Positions 8,322-17,018 of a stretch of DNA of 64,000 bases are shown piece by piece; the stretch's first letter is position 1; each line of letters starts with the position of its first letter. The position numbers and the translations under genes are program-made. The notes below the pieces were generated by a model, which did no database searches, was not told where the DNA came from, and saw only the letters and a program-made list of their open reading frames with translations. This DNA is from Bacillales bacterium UBA6449 (lineage in GTDB: Bacteria; Bacillota_I; Bacilli_A; RFN20; CAG-288): contig DJOB01000005.1 of assembly GCA_002437105.1 (NCBI GenBank), positions 110,099 to 174,098 of the forward strand. Reading direction: 5' to 3'.

Positions 8322-9662
8322 ATGGATATTAAAAATGAGAGGATCGAGCTGGATTGCCAGGCTCTCGATGATATGGGAAGAGGTGTCTGTCGCACTCCGG
8401 ACTGCACCTATTTTATCGAGGGTCTGCTTCCGGGTGAGAAGTGCTTAGCAACCATCACGCACCGGCGTCAGCGCCTGGGGTTCGGAACCGTCGCTAAGCT
8501 GCTGACGACCTCTCCGGACCGGGTGAAACCCACCTGTCCGGGCTATCCTTACTGCGGATGCAGCCTAACGCACCTCGCCTACGATAAGCGGCTGAAGTAC
8601 AAGCAGGAGACTATCCGCAGCCTGTGTCTGAAGTTCGGTGGGCTCGACATCCCCGTGCTGCCCACTATTCCCTGCCCGCAGTTGACCGGGTATCGAAATA
8701 AGGTTCAGAAGCCTATCGGCGGCAGCCGCGGGCACCTGGTGATGGGTTTCTATAAGCCCATGAGCCACACGCTCGTCCCCTGCCTCGCCTGCGAGAGCGA
8801 GAGTCCGCTGTCGCAGAAGATCTGTGCGGCCCTGCTGCCCATCCTCAACGAAGCGGGCTACGATCCCTACGATGAGGACCGCGGTACCGGTCAGCTGCGC
8901 CACGTTCTGATCAAGACCTCGCGCGCCTATGATGAGGCCTTGGTCACCATCGTGTCGGCTGATCCGCAGATCGAGTTTCTCGACCAGGTGGCTAAGCGGT
9001 TGGTTCAGGCGGTTCCTCAGGTCAAGGGCGTGGTTCTGAATATAAATACAGCTCGGACCAACGTGATCTTGGGAACGAGGGAGAAGCGGATCTGGGGCGA
9101 TACGAAGATCCGCGAGAAGGTGCTGGGCAAGGACTTCACCATCTCCTCCAAGTCGTTCTTCCAGACTAATCCCATCCTGCTGGATACGCTCTACCGCACC
9201 GCGATCGATGCGGCTATGCTCACGGGCAAGGAGCGGGTGCTGGATGCTTACTGCGGCACGGGTACGATCGGTCTTTCGATGGCGGACCACGCGAGGAATG
9301 TGACCGGCGTCGAGCTGGAAAGATCGAGCTTCGAAGATGCCAAGTTCAACGCGAGGGCAAATGGGATAAAGAATGCCTTCTTCCGGAACGAGGATGCGAC
9401 CGAGTTCATGGAGATGAGCAAAGCTAAGTTCGAAGTGGTAGTTCTCGATCCCCCCAGAAAGGGAACCACCCCGCAGTTCATCCGGGCTGTCGAGCACAAG
9501 GCCCCGGAGCGCGTAGTCTATATCTCCTGCGATCCCTCGACGCTGGCCCGGGATCTCAAAATGTTCAATGCCTCCTATGAGATCGAGTCGGTTCAGGGTG
9601 TCGATATGTTCCCCGGTACGCACCACGTTGAGACCGTGGTCGCGATGCATCGTCGGGGTTAA
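8322..9662 (+). CDS. 23S rRNA (uracil-5)-methyltransferase, RlmCD/RumA family (TRAM + Fe-S + SAM MTase)
   Basis: A TRAM-like N-terminus is followed by the Cys cluster 'CPGYPYCGCSL'. MTase motifs 'FFQTN', 'DAYCGTGTIGL', 'DPPRKG' and 'VYISCDPSTLARD' are present. Confidence 0.88.
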   Translation: MDIKNERIELDCQALDDMGRGVCRTPDCTYFIEGLLPGEKCLATITHRRQRLGFGTVAKLLTTSPDRVKPTCPGYPYCGCSLTHLAYDKRLKYKQETIRSLCLKFGGLDIPVLPTIPCPQLTGYRNKVQKPIGGSRGHLVMGFYKPMSHTLVPCLACESESPLSQKICAALLPILNEAGYDPYDEDRGTGQLRHVLIKTSRAYDEALVTIVSADPQIEFLDQVAKRLVQAVPQVKGVVLNINTARTNVILGTREKRIWGDTKIREKVLGKDFTISSKSFFQTNPILLDTLYRTAIDAAMLTGKERVLDAYCGTGTIGLSMADHARNVTGVELERSSFEDAKFNARANGIKNAFFRNEDATEFMEMSKAKFEVVVLDPPRKGTTPQFIRAVEHKAPERVVYISCDPSTLARDLKMFNASYEIESVQGVDMFPGTHHVETVVAMHRRG

Positions 9663-9667
9663 ATAGT

Positions 9668-9699
9668 AAAAAGGGCCACCGCGGTGGCCCTTTTGTTTT
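9668..9699. terminator. Bidirectional terminator between convergent genes
   Basis: The palindrome gggccaccgcggtggccc (9673-9690) is flanked by an A-run and TTTTGTTTT. Confidence 0.8.
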
Positions 9700-9727
9700 C
9701 TTCTTCGTTTTACTATTTTTTCGGCGA

Positions 9728-11122
9728 TTAGGCCTTCTCCGCCCTGGGGAGAATCGAGGCTCTCTTCCGGGTGTCATCGACGACTCGCTTGGGAATATCC
9801 GGATCGGAGAACTCGAGCCAGATGCCCTCTTTCTCGAAGGAGGACAGGGTCAGATGGTAGCCGTTGAGGAGGATCTTGCGCTTGACTTTAGTCACGACCC
9901 GATCGATGGTGAAGCCGGCTTCCGTGACCTTCTTCATGAAATCCTTGCTTGAGGCGAAGGCCTTGGTGAATTCCCCCTCCTTCAGGAGGATGTTGATGGG
10001 ACGGATCTCCTTGCCGTCTCTTCGGGTCTTCGGCGCTCCCTTGTGGACTAGTGACGTGGGGACGAATGTCTGTCCTTCGTCGGTGGAAACTTCTCGCATA
10101 CGGAGAAGGTTGTTAAAATCTGAAGGCTCATTTTTCCCCCTCAGATAAGTGTCTCGCTGCAGACTGATACTTTCGACGGTGCCACGGTTCATCAGCTCGG
10201 CGATAAAGGTGGGGTTGATCACCTTTATCTTCTCCTTCGTCCGGTAGAGGTTACCTTCTCTGAGCTCGGTGAAGGTCATGTCGTTCTTGAAGATGATGTC
10301 GGCGTTCTTGGAGGAAGGTAGGATGGTCTCGTTGTAGGACTTTATGATGTTGGAAAAGTACATCTGAATAGTGAAGTAGGTGGGTGAGGAGGTCGATTTT
10401 GCATCGCGGATGATGCGGCGCAGGAACAGCGACTTCGGGCTGCCCTCGATAAAGTCGGTGACCACCATCGCTCGGTTGAGCGGTTTGATCAGGTGGGGCG
10501 ACAGGACGTAGAGGCCTTCCACGATGAAGACTTGGAATTTTTTACCGTCGATCTTCTGGTCGGATTTCACCGACTCTGAGATGACCTTGGAGTACTTTCG
10601 CTTGTCGATCGTCTCGCCTTTGAAGAGCTTTTTCAGGTCATCGGCGACGGTGGCTAGGTCGTAGACATCGGGCTCATCGAAGTTCAGTTTTTTGATCTCT
10701 TCCTGACAGGCTGCTAGGTAGGTGGATAGGACGTTGGAAGGGACGATATCCATCGCGGCCTTCTGGATCTTCTCACAGCACTCGGGGCCGAACTTCGCTT
10801 CGAAGGGTGTATCCCTGACGATCGGCAGCGCGATCTTCAACAGAGTCGCCTTGAAGGGAAGGTTTCCGCCGAAGGCGGTCTTCTCTACCTTGTTGGTTAT
10901 GATCGAGGTTACACCACGGTTGTAGGAGTCGGTGGAGATGATCGTAGCGGGGTGGCCGTATTCCTCCAGCATCTCCTTCAGTTTTTTAGCGCAGTAGGAT
11001 TTGCCTGAGGAGGTAGCGCCACCGATCAGCACCGAGCAGTGGTCGTGGGTTTCGAGAGCCTCCTCTACCATGTCGAGATTCATGTATTCCCATTTGTCGA
11101 GGTGATGGCACTGGATGCTCAT
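9728..11122 (-). CDS. Uridine-kinase/PRK-family P-loop kinase fused to a C-terminal CYTH (triphosphate tunnel)-like domain
   Basis: Kinase motifs are 'LIGGATSSGKSY', 'STDSYN', 'NFDEPDVYDL', 'FIVEGLYVL' and 'RRIIRDAK'. The C-terminal ~180 aa ('LRMREVS..LVHKGAPK..KVKRKILLNGYHLTLSSFEKEGIWLEFS') follows the CYTH strand pattern by eye. Confidence 0.7.
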   Translation of the reverse strand: MSIQCHHLDKWEYMNLDMVEEALETHDHCSVLIGGATSSGKSYCAKKLKEMLEEYGHPATIISTDSYNRGVTSIITNKVEKTAFGGNLPFKATLLKIALPIVRDTPFEAKFGPECCEKIQKAAMDIVPSNVLSTYLAACQEEIKKLNFDEPDVYDLATVADDLKKLFKGETIDKRKYSKVISESVKSDQKIDGKKFQVFIVEGLYVLSPHLIKPLNRAMVVTDFIEGSPKSLFLRRIIRDAKSTSSPTYFTIQMYFSNIIKSYNETILPSSKNADIIFKNDMTFTELREGNLYRTKEKIKVINPTFIAELMNRGTVESISLQRDTYLRGKNEPSDFNNLLRMREVSTDEGQTFVPTSLVHKGAPKTRRDGKEIRPINILLKEGEFTKAFASSKDFMKKVTEAGFTIDRVVTKVKRKILLNGYHLTLSSFEKEGIWLEFSDPDIPKRVVDDTRKRASILPRAEKA

Positions 11123-11250
11123 TTTTTCTCTCCCCCTATCCGTTTGGGGATTATTTTATGTTATTTCTTCAAAAATGTTGAAATTACCGCAAAATTATGA
11201 CAAAAAAGGAGCGGTTTTGCCGCTCCTTACCCTATTCTCCTCAGTTGATA

Positions 11251-11811
11251 TCAGTCGATGGAGATCGACTCATCCTCTTCAGGATCGCTCTCGTACTTGG
11301 GGATGCTGATGGTCAGCACGCCGTCGTTGAGCGTGGCCTTGATATCCTTCTTCTGGACTCGATCGCCGATATACCAGCTTCTCTTGAGCTCGGTCCAGAA
11401 TCTCTCCTGGCTCAGGAATCCTTTGAAGTTGGGATCCTTGTTCTCGTCCTTCTTGGCGGTGACGGAGAGGTAGCCGTCCTTCAGATTGACATCGATATTG
11501 CCGCGGTGGAATCCCGGGACATCGATCTCCAGGGAATAGTGATCGCCCATATCCTTGACGTCGGTCCGCAGAGCGCGGCTGCCGTAGGAAGCGAACGAGC
11601 TTCTCTTCTGCAGCTTGGAATCGCCCGAATTGCTGTTGACGAGGTTGACGAAATCCATCAGCTGATCATAGAAGGGTTTGTAGTGGCGCTGCACGTTCTC
11701 ATTCTCGTCCTGATCCTTCTCCTCGCTGTAATCTTCATCCTGATCCGCACTGTAGTTGGCGTTCGCCTGCTTCTGCTCGTTATTCGCATTCTGATAATCG
11801 TTATTGCTCAT
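11251..11811 (-). CDS. Small heat-shock protein (Hsp20/alpha-crystallin family)
   Basis: The alpha-crystallin core reads 'TDVKDMGDHYSLEIDVPGF...LKDGYLSVTAKK...ATLNDGVLTISIPK'. I place the start at ATG 11811, preceded by AAAGGAGG. The track start at 11874 lies inside the promoter/CIRCE. Confidence 0.88.
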   Translation of the reverse strand: MSNNDYQNANNEQKQANANYSADQDEDYSEEKDQDENENVQRHYKPFYDQLMDFVNLVNSNSGDSKLQKRSSFASYGSRALRTDVKDMGDHYSLEIDVPGFHRGNIDVNLKDGYLSVTAKKDENKDPNFKGFLSQERFWTELKRSWYIGDRVQKKDIKATLNDGVLTISIPKYESDPEEDESISID

Positions 11812-11846
11812 GGCTGTCAGCCTCCTTTTCTCACTTCGCACTTGAG

Positions 11847-11874
11847 ATATTAGAGGGAAAATTAGCAATGTCAA
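11847..11874 (-). promoter_or_regulatory. SigA-type promoter of hsp20 (TTGACA-16 nt-TAATAT)
   Basis: The minus strand reads TTGACA (11874-11869), a 16-nt spacer, then TAATAT (11852-11847). The -35 lies inside the CIRCE element. Confidence 0.7.
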
Positions 11875-11888
11875 GCGGAGAGTGCTAA
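11862..11888. promoter_or_regulatory. CIRCE operator (HrcA binding site) upstream of hsp20
   Basis: TTAGCAATG-TCAAGCGGA-GAGTGCTAA matches the consensus TTAGCACTC-N9-GAGTGCTAA. Confidence 0.85.
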
Positions 11889-12033
11889 TTCAAGGCTCGC
11901 TCAAACTTCTCTTCTCCTAGCAGCTTCAGCCTCCTGTTTCTAGTCTTTCTACTTTTTTATGTGTACAAATCGTTTTTAAAATAGTGCTGTTTTTCCATGT
12001 AAACTATATATTTGTAATTGAACGGAGGGCCTC

Positions 12034-14007
12034 ATGCGAAAAATACTATTGCCGGTCCTATGCCTGGGCCTATCTCTATCTCTGGCGAGCTGTGGAAAGA
12101 GCATCGTTGCCACTTTGACTTTCGACCCTGAGGGCGGTCAGCTGGTCTACTATCCGGAAGGGGCGACTGACCCGGAGAAGGTTGATTCCGATAATCCGAT
12201 CTTCGACTTGGCGGGAAAGTATAGCTATACGGCAGATGCCAATAGCGAGCTTCCCCAGATCATCAGGACGCTGCAGTCAGTCAAGGAAGGGTATCATTTT
12301 TCCGGTTGGGGCTTCGTGAGGGATGGGACGACCGTTCCTCCCTACATCGAGGATTTCTCCGATGTCCGGATGCCCTATTCCAGCGTCACCTATCGCGCGG
12401 TCTTCACTCCGCTCTCAACCCTGGAGTTCATCCCTGTCGATTCCGCGAGGAATCCGCTCGTGCTGGAGGGACGGGAGATTCAGCCGATCACGCTGAAGGG
12501 AGATGATTACTATGTCGGGGCGGCGGTGGACAACACCCAACTCAACCGTATCGTCCAGCAGCTGGAGGATGAGGTGAGCGGCGAGGGGGAGGATGTAGGC
12601 TATTTCAGTGGAATCTACGCTGATAAATCCACGGATAGCTCCGCTCTCGGCTCGATCACTATAGATTCAGAGTCGATGGTTTTCTACTGTGTCTTTTCCG
12701 AGTATCCGATCTTTACCATCCACTATGGTGGGGCGCAGGACGATGTTTCGGTTCACCTCGAGCCGGGGGCGGATCTCACCCCTTATCTTCCCAAGGAAGA
12801 CCCTACGCTGGCTGGGGCGATCTTCGACGGGTGGTATGCAGATAGCCAGTACACTGTTCCCTTCTATCCGCAGAATACGGGCTATATCATGTCTGCTTCC
12901 AATATGGATATCTACGCTCACTTCTTCCGCTCGATCCCGATCACGTACCATCTGCCGGCGGGTTGGACTCTCGGCTCTGGTTCCCCGACTTCGATCTACA
13001 CGGGTCGGGTAGCTACCGATCTGGTGGATCCAGTGGCTCCTCAGGGTTTTGAGTTCCAAGGCTGGTTTATCGATAGCGATGTGGATGGGGTCTACGATTC
13101 CGATGAGGTGCTGCTCGATGGCAACACTAAGGTGCCTGATGGTCTCCAAGCTGCGACCCTGTCTCCGCTCTATACCGAGTGGGATAAGGTCTATCTCGAT
13201 CTGAGAGGACTGGAGCTCAAGTCTTGGCCCAGCGCCTTTACGCCTGTGGCCGATGCGGCGGGCATCTATTCTCTCCCGGCGCTTCTCGGCGCTGATCTTC
13301 TCGCCTATCAGAATTTGGATCAGTATGTGACTGCTAGCGAAAGTGAGCGGATAACCGGCTTTCAGTTCTTCGCTCTGACTGAGAAGGATGGGAATACGCT
13401 GCTGCAGAATATCGAGGACTCCGAGGTGGATCCATTCGTGTCCGGTCTAAAGACTATGCCTGATCACAGCGTCATCATGAAGCCAGTCGTGGAGACCCTG
13501 AAAGAGGTGGTGCTCCATCTGCCGAGCGGAGATCGGAAGGTGTTGGCCGGTGACCAGGATATGGTCAGCAATCCGACCAGTTCCCTTTTCAATCTAACCG
13601 CTGGAGAGATCTCTATCGCCAGTACCGAGTCCGATTATCTCTCGCAGAATCTGGTGGGTTGGTCTACTGAGGCGGGCGGCACGCGTCTCTCCTATCCCTT
13701 CCTGCTCGCCTCGGTCTCTGACCTCTACCCCGTTTACGCTAAGCACACCTCCCTCACTCTGCTGGCGGCGGATGGCACCTCGACTAGCTCCGTATACGAA
13801 GGCAATGAGGGGGATGGTCTGACGGCGACGGAAGTGGAGTCGCTCCAGGCGACGATCGATGCGGCTTATCCCGCTGTCGATGGCGTCACCCCCGTAGTCG
13901 CCTATGTGGTCACCGATGCGAAGGGCGTCACTACTTTCTATGCCAATCTTCAGATGGTGAAGTTCAATTCCACCAACAGTACCCTAACGGTGAAGACGCG
14001 CAAGTGA
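12034..14007 (+). CDS. Surface lipoprotein with Listeria-Bacteroides (Flg_new-like) repeats
   Basis: The signal peptide has a lipobox ('LSLSLASC'). '[FY]xGW' modules recur ('YHFSGWGF', 'FDGWYADSQYTVPF', 'FEFQGWFID'). RBS GGAGGG is present. Confidence 0.75.
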   Translation: MRKILLPVLCLGLSLSLASCGKSIVATLTFDPEGGQLVYYPEGATDPEKVDSDNPIFDLAGKYSYTADANSELPQIIRTLQSVKEGYHFSGWGFVRDGTTVPPYIEDFSDVRMPYSSVTYRAVFTPLSTLEFIPVDSARNPLVLEGREIQPITLKGDDYYVGAAVDNTQLNRIVQQLEDEVSGEGEDVGYFSGIYADKSTDSSALGSITIDSESMVFYCVFSEYPIFTIHYGGAQDDVSVHLEPGADLTPYLPKEDPTLAGAIFDGWYADSQYTVPFYPQNTGYIMSASNMDIYAHFFRSIPITYHLPAGWTLGSGSPTSIYTGRVATDLVDPVAPQGFEFQGWFIDSDVDGVYDSDEVLLDGNTKVPDGLQAATLSPLYTEWDKVYLDLRGLELKSWPSAFTPVADAAGIYSLPALLGADLLAYQNLDQYVTASESERITGFQFFALTEKDGNTLLQNIEDSEVDPFVSGLKTMPDHSVIMKPVVETLKEVVLHLPSGDRKVLAGDQDMVSNPTSSLFNLTAGEISIASTESDYLSQNLVGWSTEAGGTRLSYPFLLASVSDLYPVYAKHTSLTLLAADGTSTSSVYEGNEGDGLTATEVESLQATIDAAYPAVDGVTPVVAYVVTDAKGVTTFYANLQMVKFNSTNSTLTVKTRK

Positions 14008-14009
14008 AT

Positions 14010-14044
14010 TAAAAATGGCTCAGCTCTCCTGAGCCATCTTTATT
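14010..14044. terminator. Bidirectional terminator between convergent genes
   Basis: Stem atggctcag (14015-14023) pairs with ctgagccat (14029-14037), flanked by AAAAA and CTTTATTAT. Confidence 0.7.
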
Positions 14045-14056
14045 ATCCTTTGCGGA

Positions 14057-15694
14057 TCAGTCTTCGTATGATGATCCGCCGATGAATTCGCGGATCAGGG
14101 AATCGCAGGGGATGACCTCCTCCGGTATCGCGGGGAAGTACTTGAGGAATTTCATCAGTCTATTGGCGGTTATATATGAGGCTGATGAGGAGTTGACCAA
14201 GCTCAGCAGTGGCATAGCGTGAGTCTTGAGAGCACACATCTCGTATCCTAGATAGGAGTTGAAAACGAAGTCGGCATTGTCCTGGAAGGGGTAGATGTTC
14301 GCGAATTCTCCGCGGCGCACCTCGCTCCAGGTCTCAATCGTCTTTTCCGCGGAAGTGTTTCGGAATTTGTGGTCGCGAACCATCCGGCGTATGAGTCTGA
14401 TGTCCGTCAGGGACATCGGGCTGTGATCGTCGATCGATACCTGGACCTGGGGACTGATGTAGACTCCCATCCAGAGATCGCGATCGAGCGACGCGGTGAT
14501 CTGGGGATTGAGAGCGTGGATACCCTCGACGATGATGGGGGATGTTCCATCCGGCTGGATCGTCCTTTCACCGCTCTTTCTCTGCAGTGCAAAATTGAAG
14601 ATGGGGATGGATGTTTGTTTGCCTTTAGCGAGGGAGAGCATATCCTCGTGAAAATGGTCTAGATCCAGGGCGCCGATCCCTTCCAGGTCATACTTTCCGT
14701 CCGGTCCTTTCTTCATCTTGTTTCTGTCGATGTAGTAATCATCCATGGAGATGCGTATAGGACGCAAACCATAGGACATGAGTAGGGTTCTAAGCCGCTT
14801 GGCGAAGGTGGTTTTGCTCGAGGAAGAGGGACCGGATATCAGGATCAATCGGCAGGTCTTGGCTCGTGACTGATAGAGTTCAGCTAACCTGAGATACTGC
14901 TCTGAACAGTAATCCTCACACATGCCGACCAGCACGGTAGGTCCAAATCGATTTAGAACATCGTTGATGGCGGCTATCGTGGTCAGACCGGCTCGGGCGC
15001 TCTGTACGCGAGTCTTCTTAAGGGCTTTGGCAAATGAGGAATCAGTTTCTAGAGGGAGAATCTTTCCGTCATCTTCGGCACGAGGATAGGAGAGTATTAA
15101 CCCCGGGGTCATCACGAGAAGACGAAAATGTGACAGCTTACCAGTTCTCGTTACCATGTAGGAGTAGGGGTAATCGAGGTAACCATCGCACTCGTAGAGG
15201 TGAACCGTAGTTTCGGGCCGATATTGAAGAGCTTCGAGGCGGTCCTTATACCCGTGCTGTGCGTATATTTTTAACGCCTCATCTTTCGTTATCGTCTTTT
15301 TGATGATGGGGAGATTTTCGGCTATGAGGCTGTTCAGCTCGCTCTCTAGTCGATCTCTTATCTTCGAGGTGGCGAGGATGGGTTTAGCATCCTTGATGCT
15401 GAAGAAGGAGAGCATCATCGACTTGGATATTCCATAGGAGATCTTTACCCTCATATCGGGAAAGGCGCGCTCGACTGCCATACCTATCAGATATCTTAGC
15501 GAGGCTTCATAGACTTTTACCGCTTCGGAGTCCTTCAGATCCAGTTTGACGATCTCGTGTCTCTCGTCATCTGTTATCACATAGTTAGTCTCCCTCAATC
15601 TGTTATCGACTTTTACGCAGATAGTAGTGTCCTCATCTCCTATCAGGTCGCTAATCTTTTTCCCAGATGCCTTTTCAATAATCGTTTTTTCCAT
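14057..15694 (-). CDS. Nucleoside/uridine-kinase-family protein with a long N-terminal TGS/ThrRS-like extension
   Basis: Kinase motifs are P-loop 'ILISGPSSSSKTTFAKRL', 'ISMDDYY', 'IIVEGIHALNP' and 'RLIRRMVRDHKFRNTSAEKTIETW'. About 280 aa of N-terminal extension precedes them. RBS GGAGG is present. Confidence 0.75.
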   Translation of the reverse strand: MEKTIIEKASGKKISDLIGDEDTTICVKVDNRLRETNYVITDDERHEIVKLDLKDSEAVKVYEASLRYLIGMAVERAFPDMRVKISYGISKSMMLSFFSIKDAKPILATSKIRDRLESELNSLIAENLPIIKKTITKDEALKIYAQHGYKDRLEALQYRPETTVHLYECDGYLDYPYSYMVTRTGKLSHFRLLVMTPGLILSYPRAEDDGKILPLETDSSFAKALKKTRVQSARAGLTTIAAINDVLNRFGPTVLVGMCEDYCSEQYLRLAELYQSRAKTCRLILISGPSSSSKTTFAKRLRTLLMSYGLRPIRISMDDYYIDRNKMKKGPDGKYDLEGIGALDLDHFHEDMLSLAKGKQTSIPIFNFALQRKSGERTIQPDGTSPIIVEGIHALNPQITASLDRDLWMGVYISPQVQVSIDDHSPMSLTDIRLIRRMVRDHKFRNTSAEKTIETWSEVRRGEFANIYPFQDNADFVFNSYLGYEMCALKTHAMPLLSLVNSSSASYITANRLMKFLKYFPAIPEEVIPCDSLIREFIGGSSYED

Positions 15695-15862
15695 ACTAAG
15701 CCTCCGTGGCGGGGCTTATATTTTGCCATAAAAGCCCTTACATAAGTAAATGAATCTGCTTGAATCCTTAAATTTAACCTTCTCTTCGCTAATAACTATC
15801 CGGCTATCGTGCTAAACTTATCCCGCGTCTAGAGGGTTTAGTGTTTTTTACGGAGGTGCTCT

Positions 15863-16336
15863 ATGGAGATCAATGAGGATCAGGTACTTACTCCCGAAGG
15901 TAAGGAAAAACTCGAGAACGAGTTGGAGGTTTTGATCAGGGTTGAGAAGCCCAAGAACCAAGAGGAGCTAGCGCTCGCTCGTTCTCAGGGTGATCTGAGC
16001 GAGAATGCGGATTACGATGCTGCGCGGGACAAGCAGGCCCAGATCGAAGCTAGAATCAACGAGATCAAGTATCAGCTGGATCATTTTAAGGTAGTGGAGC
16101 GGACTGATAAAAATATCGTCAATATCGGTTCCACTATCACTATTCTGCGGCTCGATAACAATAAGTCGATCGTCTTCAAGATCGGTGGATCGACTGAGAC
16201 TGATCTGAAGGCTACTCCGATCGTCATCGCTAATACTTCTCCTATGGGTTCAGCGGTCATCGGCAAAAAGGTTAATGATGTTTGCCGTGTCATCGCCCCT
16301 AAGGAGTTCTCGGTCAAGATAATTAAGATCGCTTAA
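15863..16336 (+). CDS. greA: Transcription elongation factor GreA
   Basis: It carries 'LTPEGKEKLENELE...ARSQGDLSENADYDAARDKQ'. RBS GGAGG is present. Confidence 0.93.
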   Translation: MEINEDQVLTPEGKEKLENELEVLIRVEKPKNQEELALARSQGDLSENADYDAARDKQAQIEARINEIKYQLDHFKVVERTDKNIVNIGSTITILRLDNNKSIVFKIGGSTETDLKATPIVIANTSPMGSAVIGKKVNDVCRVIAPKEFSVKIIKIA

Positions 16337-16465
16337 TAGCTATCTTAGTTCTCCTGTTTGCTATCTGCTGCCGTGCCTCGATCGGGCACAGCTTTTAATT
16401 TCTTATCGAGAAAATGTATTTGAATTGGGCCGCTCAGAATATTTAAGAGTGAGGAGGAAATTATT

Positions 16466-17014
16466 TTGGTAGGCTCGGTTGTGATCGGTGTGATTATCAC
16501 CATTGTCGGTATCCTGGCCCTTTCCCGTCTCTCATCTGATTCTCCCGTAGTAGATCCCAGCACGGAAACTAGCTATTTGGATGGGAGCTCGGTAACTGAA
16601 AGCAGTCAGGAAGTAGAAATCGAAGGCGAGATAAATCATCCAGGAATCTATAGTGTGGAGCCGACTGATACTCTCGGCGACCTCATTTCTATGGCAGGTG
16701 GAGTAACTAGCGATGCCGATACTGATTCCTATGTCTCGAGTTATGTGATCGGCGATAGAGACTACTTCTTTATCCCTTCGACTCAGGGGGAAGTCTGTGA
16801 GCCCGTCGAGAGCGCAAAAATCAATATTAACGATACGTCTTTAACGGCTAAAGATATCAAAGATAAACTCAGCATTACTATCGCTCAAGCCCAGGCTATC
16901 ATTGATTACCGAAAGGCGAATGGGGCGTTTTCCTGTATCGAGCAGCTTCTCGAGGTGAAAGGAATAGGTCAAAAAACATATGAGAAGATAAGGGGATTGG
17001 TCACTTTGAGGTGA
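16466..17014 (+). CDS. comEA: Competence DNA receptor ComEA (SLBB + helix-hairpin-helix)
   Basis: An N-terminal TM segment is followed by 'INHPGIYSVEPTDTLGDLISMAGG' and a C-terminal HhH 'IDYRKANGAFSCIEQLLEVKGIGQKTYEKI'. The TTG start follows GAGGAGG. Confidence 0.85.
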   Translation: MVGSVVIGVIITIVGILALSRLSSDSPVVDPSTETSYLDGSSVTESSQEVEIEGEINHPGIYSVEPTDTLGDLISMAGGVTSDADTDSYVSSYVIGDRDYFFIPSTQGEVCEPVESAKININDTSLTAKDIKDKLSITIAQAQAIIDYRKANGAFSCIEQLLEVKGIGQKTYEKIRGLVTLR

Positions 17015-17018
17015 TTGT

